Assembly: GCA_035193785.1 (NCBI GenBank)
Contig: CP136572.1
Span: forward strand, 3,892,578-3,956,577
Source: Planktothrix sp. GU0601_MAG3
GTDB lineage: Bacteria; Cyanobacteriota; Cyanobacteriia; Cyanobacteriales; Microcoleaceae
DNA length: 64,000 nt
Direction: 5' to 3'
Shown: one piece after another, positions 55,756-64,000 of the stretch
Numbering within the stretch: position 1 is the stretch's first letter
How the letters are laid out: every line of letters begins with the position of its first letter
Notes under the pieces: model-generated
The model's input: only the letters and a program-made list of their open reading frames with translations
Told to the model about the DNA's origin: nothing
Databases searched by the model: none
Position numbers and translations under genes: made by a program

Positions 55756-56347
55756 ATGTCTAACCGAACTGAAACATCACTCACCCAGGAAACTCAAAAG
55801 CCATATCCTAATTTTAGGAGGAATTGTTGCTTTCCTGTGGATAATTGAAATTATTGATTTTTTTGTATTTAGAGGCGGTTTAAATCGCTTAGGAATTCGT
55901 CCCCATCATCTTCAAGGGTTACAAGGTATTTTCTTTGCTCCTTTTTTACATGGAAATTTTAACCATTTAGTCGCCAATACCTTACCCTTGATTGTTCTGG
56001 GTTGGTTTGTGATGTTGCGGGATGTTAAAGACTTTTTTGTTGTCACATTCATAACCATAATTTTCAGTGGTTTTGGGGTATGGTTATTTGGTTCACCTAA
56101 TACAATTCATATTGGGGCTAGTGGAGTTATTTTTGGTTATTTAGGATTTCTCCTATTAAGGGGGTTTTTTGAACGCAGTTTTGCTTCTATTGCCTTATCT
56201 TTAGTTGTGGGTTGGCTTTATGGGGGATTAATTTGGGGAGTTTTTCCCTCACAATATGGGATTTCTTGGCAGGGACATTTATTTGGATTTATCGGTGGTG
56301 TCTTCGCTGCACAAATGCTTGCCAAATCCTATCGAAATAAAGCCTAA
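55756..56347 (+). CDS. Rhomboid family intramembrane serine protease (apparent frameshift at 55789)
   Basis: PFLHGNFNHL, GASG and GHLFG motifs. Confidence 0.9.
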
Positions 56348-56469
56348 TTAGATCTGCCCAAAATTACTAAATTTAGGTATAATAAGTATAACACCCTCTA
56401 TAACAGAGTCAAAATTCTGCCCATAGAGGGTGTTAATTTTATCTCAAAATAACAATTATAAAAAATTAA

Positions 56470-57241
56470 ATGGACTGGCTTTCTATTTCAGGAAATTGGG
56501 TGTTAATTCCCCCTCGCCCCCAAGCAATTGTGCACTTTTTGGGTGGGGCTTTTGTCGCAGGTGCACCCCATTTAACCTATCGTTGCTTACTCGAAGAACT
56601 AGCCGATCACGGTTATGCAATTGTGGCGACTCCTTTTATTAATAACCTAAATCATACCGCGATCGCTCAAGAAGTTTTTGAGATATTTGAAGATGGATTA
56701 TATGATTTATATGATTTACAATTATTAAAAAGGCGAGGCTTACCCATTTATGGATTAGGACATAGTATGGGCTGTAAATTGCATTTATTAATTGGTTCTT
56801 TATTTCCCATAGAAACGTTCGGGAAATATTTTAATGTCCTTTAATAATTATCCCGCCCGTCGGTCAATTCCTTTAATGGAACAACTGTCTCAAATTATGG
56901 ATGTAGAGTTTACACCATCTCCCGAAGAAACTAATATTTTAGTTAGCGATCGCTATCAAATTAGAAGAAATCTTTTAATTAAATTCTCTAAAGATAATAT
57001 TGATCAAACCTCTAATTTACATCAAATTTTAGATCAAAGATTCCCCGGGTTAACCACATTACAAAAATTAAATGGCGATCATCAAACTCCCCTGGGTCAA
57101 AATCTAAGCTGGTCAGTGGGAGAAACCTTTACCCCCTTAGATGCCATTGGTCAATGGATTAAACAAGCAGTTTATCAGGATTTAAACCAACTAAAGAAGC
57201 AAATTTTGTATTGGTTAAATCCTTCATTAAAATCACCATAA
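56470..57241 (+). CDS. DUF1350 family alpha/beta hydrolase-like protein (apparent frameshift at 56812)
   Basis: HFLGGAF, GHSMGCKLH, SFNN and EFTPSP motifs. Confidence 0.85.
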
Positions 57242-57330
57242 AGACACTGTTTAAACTAAGTTACGATGGTCAGGAAACTAAGAAATTAGTCAGTTAAAAG
57301 CCTAATAATTGAATTTCACAATAGAATCAT

Positions 57331-57375
57331 AAAAAAGCACACGCCCTACAATTTAAACAAAGGGTGTGCTTTTTT
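57331..57375. terminator. Bidirectional terminator
   Basis: AAAAAAGCACAC...GTGTGCTTTTTT between convergent genes. Confidence 0.75.
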
Positions 57376-57405
57376 ATTGGAAATATATTATTATCTTAAT
57401 GGACA

Positions 57406-57428
57406 AAGCCCTGAAGGGCTTACTACGG
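57406..57428 (-). repeat. REP-like mini-hairpin variant CCGTAGTAAGCCCTTCAGGGCTT
   Basis: Same CCGTWGT foot and TTCA loop as 2591/19958/35600. Confidence 0.65.
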
Positions 57429-57435
57429 TTTTTTT

Positions 57436-58774
57436 CTAAGAAGCATCAAACCTTAACGCCTGACCCCGAACTTCTGAATTAACTTTTCCATTTCCATAAA
57501 CCACTTTTCCCCCCACTAGGGTATATTCTGGCCATCCAGTCAACTCCCAACCTTCAAAGGAACTCCAACCACATTTACTTAATACTTCCTCGCGTAATAC
57601 CGGACGATAATTACTTAAATCTACTAACACTAAATCTGCATCATAACCCACTTCTATTTTACCTTTGTTGGGGATTTTATAAGCTTTTGCCACGGCGGTA
57701 GACATCCAATTAGAAACTTGTTCAACGGTGCATTTTCCTGCCATAGCTTGTGTTAACATTAAGGGTAAAGAAGTCTCAACTCCGGGCATTCCCGAGGGTG
57801 TATTCGGATACCCTTTGGCTTTTTCTTCTAAGGTATGGGGGGCGTGATCCGTAGCGATAAAATCAATCACTCCATCTAATAACGCTTGCCATAATATCTG
57901 ATTATCTTGGGGCGATCGCAAGGGGGGATTCATCTGGGCTAAGGTGCCAATTTTCTGATAATCTGTTATATTTAATAATAAATGCTGGGGCGTGACTTCT
58001 GCTGTCACCCAGTCTGGTTTTTCTTGCCGTAATAATTCCGCTTCTTCCCCCGTTGATAGATGCAGAATATGTAATCGTCGTTGATATTTTTTAGAGAGTT
58101 TTAAGGCGAGTTGAGTGGCTTCTAATGCCGCTTGATTATCTTGAATGGTAGAATGAATTGCTGGATCAGTAATTCCGGCAAATTCTTGGCGGCGTTGATT
58201 AATTCGGGCTTGATTTTCCGCATGAAACCGCAATTAAGCGATCGCCTTTTGCAAAAATACTCTCTAATATTTCTTCCTGATCAATTAATAAATCCCCGTG
58301 CATTGACCCCATAAATATCTTAATTCCCGGGGTCGGATTTGCCTCTAATAAATCTGGTAAATTTTCCGCCGTCGCCCCAATAAAAAAGCCATAATTAACA
58401 ATACATTTTTCCGCCGCCCGTCTTAATTTATCATCTAAAAGGGCTTGGGTAGTGGTTAAGGGGCGAGTATTAGGCATTTCTAAAAAAGAAGTCACTCCCC
58501 CCTTGGCACAGGCACAACTAGCCGTATATAAATCTTCCTTATATTCTAAACCCGGTTCTCTAAAATGTACCTGGGGATCAATCACACCGGGCAATAAAGT
58601 CAACCCTTCTGCATCAATAATTTCCCAATCATCTTCCCCGAGGACATGATGATCAATTTCTGGAGCTATCTCAACAATTTTACCGTTAATAATGGCAACA
58701 TCTCCGAGTAAAAAATCACCATTTGGTAACAAAATCCGGGCTTGATTAATCAATACACTATAAGAATCAGACAT
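57436..58774 (-). CDS. pyrC: Dihydroorotase (apparent frameshift at 58224)
   Basis: DPQVHFREPG, EMPNT, MNPPLR and ATDHAPH motifs. Confidence 0.9.
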
Positions 58775-58902
58775 AATTACCTCAATCTAATCTGCTATAA
58801 AACTATTTAACCGCGAATTTGTCACCAGAGGGAACTATTACCCCCCAATGTTAGACAAATTTGATATGATCAGTGTAGTTATTTGTCCTGTGACCACCGC
58901 TT

Positions 58903-59505
58903 ATGAGTAGCCTACCCAATCAAGAACCAGATCCCGTTAAATCTTCTCCTCAACAGCAAGAAAACCCCTGGGTAGAAATCCTAAAAACCGTTAGTTTGAG
59001 TATTTTCCTAGCCTTGGGGATTCGGACATTCGTTGCAGAAGCTCGTTATATTCCCTCTGGGTCGATGTTACCGACTTTAGAAGTTAATGATCGATTGATT
59101 ATTGATAAGGTCGGCTATAAATTGGTTAACCCGAATCGGGGGGATGTCGTGGTCTTTAACCCCACAGAAGAACTAAAAAAACAATATAAGGACGCCTTCA
59201 TCAAACGAATTATCGGTTTACCCGGTGAAACCGTGGAGGTGAAAAATGGCTCCGTATTTATTAATGGTCAGCCTCTCCCAGAAAAGTATATTGCAGAACG
59301 GCCCGAATATAACTGGGGGCCGGGAACCGTTCCCGACGGCCAGTATTTGGTTTTGGGAGATAACCGCAACAATAGCTACGATAGCCACTATTGGGGTTTT
59401 GTCCCCCGGGAAAATATTATTGGTCGGGCAACGGTGCGGTTTTGGCCCCCTGACCGAATGGGTGGACTCGGTGATCCCGATTATCCCCCAAATGAACGGC
59501 AATAG
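58903..59505 (+). CDS. lepB: Signal peptidase I
   Basis: IPSGSMLPTL, IKRIIGLPG and GDNRNNSYDS motifs. Confidence 0.95.
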   Translation: MSSLPNQEPDPVKSSPQQQENPWVEILKTVSLSIFLALGIRTFVAEARYIPSGSMLPTLEVNDRLIIDKVGYKLVNPNRGDVVVFNPTEELKKQYKDAFIKRIIGLPGETVEVKNGSVFINGQPLPEKYIAERPEYNWGPGTVPDGQYLVLGDNRNNSYDSHYWGFVPRENIIGRATVRFWPPDRMGGLGDPDYPPNERQ

Positions 59506-59617
59506 GCAATATTTTTGGCCTTTTCCTCCAGTGTTGTCCGTTATATTCTCAATCCTGGGGGATTGACAAATTTCGGAATCTATGGCAGGATTGATAACTG
59601 TGCAATTAAATAAAAAA

Positions 59618-59701
59618 GCGGAACTGGCGGAATTGGTAGACGCGCTAGATTCAGGTTCTAGTGTTTGCAAAGACTTCCGGGTTCAAGTCCCGGGTTCCGC
59701 A
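59618..59701 (+). tRNA. tRNA-Leu (anticodon CAG)
   Basis: Acceptor stem GCGGAAC/GTTCCGC, anticodon arm CTAGA-TTCAGGT-TCTAG, long variable arm, GGTTCAAGTCC T-arm; no encoded CCA. Confidence 0.95.
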
Positions 59702-59710
59702 TTGAACGGT

Positions 59711-59745
59711 TAGGGGTGTGAATTTCGCACCCCTATTGTTGTTTT
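59711..59745 (+). terminator. Terminator-like hairpin after tRNA-Leu
   Basis: TAGGGGTGTGAA...TTCGCACCCCTA stem with a T-rich tail. Confidence 0.7.
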
Positions 59746-59766
59746 GTTGTTTATCCATCAGGTCTT

Positions 59767-60541
59767 ATGTTAACGAGTCTGCAAAATCCATTGGTAAAGC
59801 AAATTCGCAAGCTGCATCAAGCCAAGGGACGCAAAGAACACCAGTTATTTTTAATCGAAGGAACCCACTTAGTAGAGGCCGCCTGTGAGGTAGGTTATCC
59901 CCTAACCACGGTGTGTTATACCTCCGCCTGGCAGGGGCGTCATCAACCGCTGCTTGAACGTTTAAGCCAGGATACCCCCCGATGCGAATGGGTGAGTCCC
60001 GAAGTATTGGAGGCGATGGCGACAACCGTTCATCCCGATGGCGTGATTGCCCTCGCACCTCGAATTCCCCCCCAACCCCAGACCCTGCAAGGTTTAGGCA
60101 TTGCTTTAGAAACCCTACAAGATCCGGGTAACTTAGGAACCATTATTCGGACAGCAGCGGCCACGGGGGTAGAGGGGTTGTGGTTAAGTTCCGATAGTGT
60201 GGATTTGGATCACCCGAAAGTTTTAAGGGCTTCTGCGGGGGCTTGGTTTCGCTTAAATAAAACCGTTAGCCCTAACTTAGCCAGGGATATCAGCCATTTT
60301 CAGCAACAGGGATTACAAATTGTAGCGACGGTTTCCCCAGGCTTCGATGTCCTATTGGCAAGTGGATTTGACCCGGCCGACTCTCCTGGTATTTGGGAAT
60401 GAAGGGGCTGGACTTTCTCCCGATATTCAAGCCCTAGCAGACCATCAGGTTCAAATTCCATTACAGCGAGGGGTGGAATCCCTGAATGTGGGGATTTCCG
60501 TCGCGCTGATGCTCTATGAAGCCCAACGTCAAGCGATTTAA
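59767..60541 (+). CDS. TrmH/SpoU family RNA methyltransferase (apparent frameshift at 60331)
   Basis: QDPGNLGTIIRTA, FGNEGAGL and VESLNV motifs. Confidence 0.92.
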
Positions 60542-60547
60542 AACGAG

Positions 60548-60814
60548 TTATTCTGGGAACTCGTCCTCCGTGGCAATATGTTGATCATGTAGATATTGTT
60601 CAATATCTGAGATCGCAGCCTCCAAATCCGATAAGCTAATGGCCTCGCGGACTTTGGCAGGGGGGGGAACAGAAACTTTTGGTTCTCGATGTGCGGGTTG
60701 CGAGTTGGGAGTCACTGCCTCCGACTCTTGGAATGCGCGTAATAATTCTTGATCAAAAGACTCAATAAATTTTTCGGCGGCACTACGACGCAGATCCTGG
60801 GGTTTTTGATTCAT
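60548..60814 (-). CDS. Small hypothetical protein
   Basis: 88 aa; RRSAAEKF and LEAAISDIEQY motifs; AGGAG RBS. Confidence 0.7.
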   Translation of the reverse strand: MNQKPQDLRRSAAEKFIESFDQELLRAFQESEAVTPNSQPAHREPKVSVPPPAKVREAISLSDLEAAISDIEQYLHDQHIATEDEFPE

Positions 60815-61218
60815 GACGGGGTGACTCCTGAAACGGTAAATCTTTGGCTGTTACAAAAAACAACCCGATTAACTCAGATTCCGAAAGGTACAATGGTCGG
60901 GGAACAGGGAACGGGCAACACCCGGTGAAAAGACTTTGCCTTCAGATTTGCTGGATCAATCTTTGTCCTAACTGTTAGGTGCGACTGCTATATGAACAAG
61001 CATATCGCCTAAAACTAACCTAGCACGTTTATCAGGGCAAATTCATTTTGTGGGTATATCCAAGATAATCCCGATATCCCATTGCGGGTAAGGGCGCGGG
61101 GAAAAATCCCCAATTTCTTAACAATTGAGCTTTTTGGTGTCCGTGTTACTCTGATGTGTGTTGGATTAGAATGTTGATCTAAACCCGTGATATTCAATTT
61201 GGATGGAGCCGTTTATTC

Positions 61219-61608
61219 ATGGATAATCAAACCCCAGCAATTATTAAACCGAAACCGGCCGCGGAGATTCGACTCACACCCGCCGGAAGTGAAAAATCAA
61301 TCCTGCGCGTCCATTCGTCATCTGATCGGGATAAACCTTCGTTTAGTAAACCCCGTCGCCCCGATGTGACCCCCCCTAAACCTTGGGTTGAACTCGAAGA
61401 AGCCCAAAATCAAGGGGGTGAAGTGTTTCATTTGGGGGATCTAATTCAGGTGAGAGCGCCTTGGGGAGATGTGGCGATCGCAGAAATTAAAAATTTCTAT
61501 GAAGTTTCTCCAGGAAGCCTCTGGGCCTGTTTTGTCCCCACTGAAGAACGGGAGAACTGGACATGGAAAGGCGGCTCAATTCGGACGGAACTCTTAAAAA
61601 AAGCCTAG
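61219..61608 (+). CDS. Hypothetical protein
   Basis: 129-aa ORF with a C-terminal beta-rich domain. Confidence 0.6.
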   Translation: MDNQTPAIIKPKPAAEIRLTPAGSEKSILRVHSSSDRDKPSFSKPRRPDVTPPKPWVELEEAQNQGGEVFHLGDLIQVRAPWGDVAIAEIKNFYEVSPGSLWACFVPTEERENWTWKGGSIRTELLKKA

Positions 61609-61609
61609 A

Positions 61610-61754
61610 ATCAGTTATCAGTTATCAGTCATCAGTCAACCGTTATCAGTTTCAAGAGTCGCTCACTGATACCTGATGACTGATAGAGACTCGCCAGCCG
61701 CGCTCACCGCAAGTCTACCAACTGATAATTGATAACTGATGACTGATGACTGAT
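61610..61754. repeat. Inverted heptamer arrays (TYATCAG / CTGATRA)
   Basis: Complementary arrays ending at the sensor gene start. Confidence 0.8.
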
Positions 61755-61755
61755 T

Positions 61756-64000
61756 ATGGATGCTACTGAATATCAAGCACTTAATATCTTAATCATTGAT
61801 GATTCTCCGATTAACCTTAAATATTTGGGGAAACTTTTGGCGTTGCATGGGTATCAAGTTCAATTGGCGAATTCTGGGGAGTTGGGCTTAAAGATAGCCT
61901 TAGAGACTTTGCCCAATTTAATTATGTTGGATATTATGATGCCGGATTTGGATGGGTATGAGGTCTGTCAACGCTTGAAAGCGGATGCGACGACTCAGCA
62001 TATTCCTGTTATTTTTGTGAGTGTAATTGAAGAAGTATCGGAAAAAGTCAAAGCGTTTCAAAGGGGGGCGGCGGACTATATCACCAAACCTTTACAAAAA
62101 GATGAAGTTCTAGCTCGAATTCAGCATCAACTAACGATTCAAAGTTTACATCATCAATTCAAAATTCAAAATCTTCAACTGAAAGCTGAAATAGAAACTC
62201 GTCAACAACGGTCAGAAAAATTTTCTAAAGTTTTTTTAAATAGTCCGAATCCAATTACCTTGAGAACATACAAAGAGGGATATTTTTTAGATGTTAACCC
62301 TAGTTTTCTCAAGACCTTTGGCTATCAAGAATCTGAAGTGATTGGGAAACGAGCGATGGACTTGAATTTGTGGGTAAATCCTCAAGATGAACAGGAGTTA
62401 ATCCAAAAAATTCAACAGGGAAATCCCATTCATAATCAGGTGGTCGGGCAACGAACCAAAACCGGGGAAATTAAAGAATTATTATTGTCAGAAGAAGTGA
62501 TTGTATTAGAAAAAAAAACTTATATTTTATCGATTTTTAATGATATTAGCGAACAAAAAATATCCCAAAAAGACAAGAAAAAAATTAAAGAAGCCTTAAT
62601 CACAAGTAAAAATAAATATCTCAACTTAGTTGAAACATCTCAGGATATTATTTGGTCAGTGAATTTACAAGGATATTATACCTCTGTGAGTCCGGCGGTG
62701 AAAATAATTATGGGATATGAACCGGAAGAAGTGATCGGAAAACTATTTTCATATTTTGTCCCCCCGGAGCAAATCTCTTATATTCAAAAGATATTTCGAC
62801 CTATTTTAGCCGGTCGATCCTTAGTTAAAAATCATGTGATTAGTATATCTAAAGAGGGAAAATGGGTGCATTTATTAGTGTGTGCTTTTCCTATTTATAG
62901 TTCCGAGGGAGATTTAATTGGTATCAGAGGTACAGCATCGGATATTACGGAGTATAAAACAACGGAACGAGCTTTACAACTGATTGTAGAAGGAACGGCT
63001 GCAAAAACAGGTCAAGAATTTTTTCGTTCCTGTGTTTACCATTTAGCTGAAGTCTTACAAGTAAGTTATGCTGGTATTTTTAAACTGTTAAAATCTTCCC
63101 CGCCCCAGTTAACAACCTTAGCATTTTGGAATGGCAAAAACTGGCAAAATTATGGGGTTTATGGATTATCGGAAACCCCTTGTGAGCAGGTAATTAAAAC
63201 TGCTCAACCCTGTCATTTTAGTGAAAATGTACAGATTTTATTTCCGAATGATCCAGATTTAGCTGAATTACGAGCTCAAAGCTATTGGGGAATTCCTTTG
63301 TTTGATTCTAATCGAGACGTGATTGGGATATTAGTAATTATAGATACTGAAAATAAACAACTGAATCCGAGTCAAGAATCTATTTTGAAAATTTTTGCAG
63401 ATCGGGCGGGTGCCGAACTAGAAAGACAATTAGCAGAGGAATTACGGCAATATCGATCCCGCATGGATAACCTGCTGACCCATATTTCTCGGCTATTTAT
63501 TAATGATACTATAGAAAATGCTATTCGTTATACCCTGCAAGAAGTCTGTCAGTTTCTTGACTGTGATTGGGCATTTATTTTTAATTCTAATTCTGAATTT
63601 ATGCCTTGGAAAATTACGGCAGAATGGTGGAAAACAGAAGAACAAAGTGGAGATAATTATTGTCCAATTTTATCCAGTCAAACGATTCCATCTATTCATC
63701 AACAATTACAACTGAAAAGAACTGAAATTCTGGCAATTTCCGATCTGGATCAATTTCCTGATTTACTTCCCCAGGATCAAAGAACCCTAGGGCGTCTCAA
63801 TTGTCAATCCTTGATTTTCATTCCCTTAATTAAAGGTGGAAAATCCCGGGGATTTATGGGGATTATGAACTTCCATCGATCTACTGAATGGACATTAGAA
63901 ACCCAGAGTTGGCTAAAACTCGTGGGCGAATTAATTGCCATTCGTCAAACCACAGAAGAAACCCAACAGGCATTAGAACGGAGTAAAACTCGCTATCAAA
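61756..64000 (+). CDS. Multi-sensor signalling protein REC-PAS-PAS-GAF(-GAF), runs off the window end
   Basis: ILIIDD, MLDIMMPDLDG and DYITKP receiver motifs; PAS (GY...EVIGK) twice; GAF (TPCEQV, SYWGIPL); output domain not visible. Confidence 0.85.
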   Translation, partial: MDATEYQALNILIIDDSPINLKYLGKLLALHGYQVQLANSGELGLKIALETLPNLIMLDIMMPDLDGYEVCQRLKADATTQHIPVIFVSVIEEVSEKVKAFQRGAADYITKPLQKDEVLARIQHQLTIQSLHHQFKIQNLQLKAEIETRQQRSEKFSKVFLNSPNPITLRTYKEGYFLDVNPSFLKTFGYQESEVIGKRAMDLNLWVNPQDEQELIQKIQQGNPIHNQVVGQRTKTGEIKELLLSEEVIVLEKKTYILSIFNDISEQKISQKDKKKIKEALITSKNKYLNLVETSQDIIWSVNLQGYYTSVSPAVKIIMGYEPEEVIGKLFSYFVPPEQISYIQKIFRPILAGRSLVKNHVISISKEGKWVHLLVCAFPIYSSEGDLIGIRGTASDITEYKTTERALQLIVEGTAAKTGQEFFRSCVYHLAEVLQVSYAGIFKLLKSSPPQLTTLAFWNGKNWQNYGVYGLSETPCEQVIKTAQPCHFSENVQILFPNDPDLAELRAQSYWGIPLFDSNRDVIGILVIIDTENKQLNPSQESILKIFADRAGAELERQLAEELRQYRSRMDNLLTHISRLFINDTIENAIRYTLQEVCQFLDCDWAFIFNSNSEFMPWKITAEWWKTEEQSGDNYCPILSSQTIPSIHQQLQLKRTEILAISDLDQFPDLLPQDQRTLGRLNCQSLIFIPLIKGGKSRGFMGIMNFHRSTEWTLETQSWLKLVGELIAIRQTTEETQQALERSKTRYQ

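Noticed and set aside
59618..59760. tRNA-Leu as an island integration site
   Set aside because: Flanked by lepB and a trmH-type gene; no integrase or duplicated tRNA 3' end seen.
168..60541. Mass pseudogenisation or programmed frameshifting in about 27 genes
   Set aside because: Every break is the same +1 at GAAC/GTTC, core genes are hit and I saw no other decay in them; a systematic artefact is more parsimonious.
1..64000. Frequent GCGATCGC (HIP1) and many short antisense or nested ORFs in the track
   Set aside because: HIP1 is a well-known cyanobacterial feature; the nested ORFs overlap confident genes and lack motifs.

Overview
Chromosomal DNA from a filamentous cyanobacterium (Oscillatoriales, Planktothrix-like; inferred from the abundant HIP1 octamer GCGATCGC, heptamer STRR arrays and genes such as prk, glpX, ndhL and psb29). 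Most of the window is housekeeping: cobW, a URC1/URC4-like pair, purN, ilvE, hrcA, prk, glpX-hemA, ndhL-DUF3007-trpA, mrp, hemF, psb29, a Kef-type antiporter, potBCDA, pyrC, lepB, tRNA-Leu(CAG), a trmH-type methyltransferase and a partial REC-PAS-GAF sensor. Three things stand out. (1) All 28 frameshifts I could reconstruct are the same event, one extra base turning GAAC into GAAAC (GTTC into GTTTC). This points to a motif-specific sequencing artefact rather than pseudogenes, and GAAC/GTTC is the classic Dnd phosphorothioate motif. (2) At 20.5-25.5 kb an XRE repressor plus ImmA/IrrE metalloprotease pair is divergent from a five-gene unknown operon (possible SSB-like protein, Cys4 coiled-coil protein, two paralogous long coiled-coil proteins), with two near-identical palindromes placed just downstream of both predicted promoters. 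(3) A REP-associated tyrosine transposase carries a REP inside its own gene and a duplicate of its HUH segment downstream, and toxin-antitoxin cargo is bracketed by REP/REPIN-like repeats at 25.5-26.6 kb and 39.0-39.8 kb. All calls come from reading motifs by eye; no searches were run. Coordinates of frameshifted genes are the reconstructed full spans.
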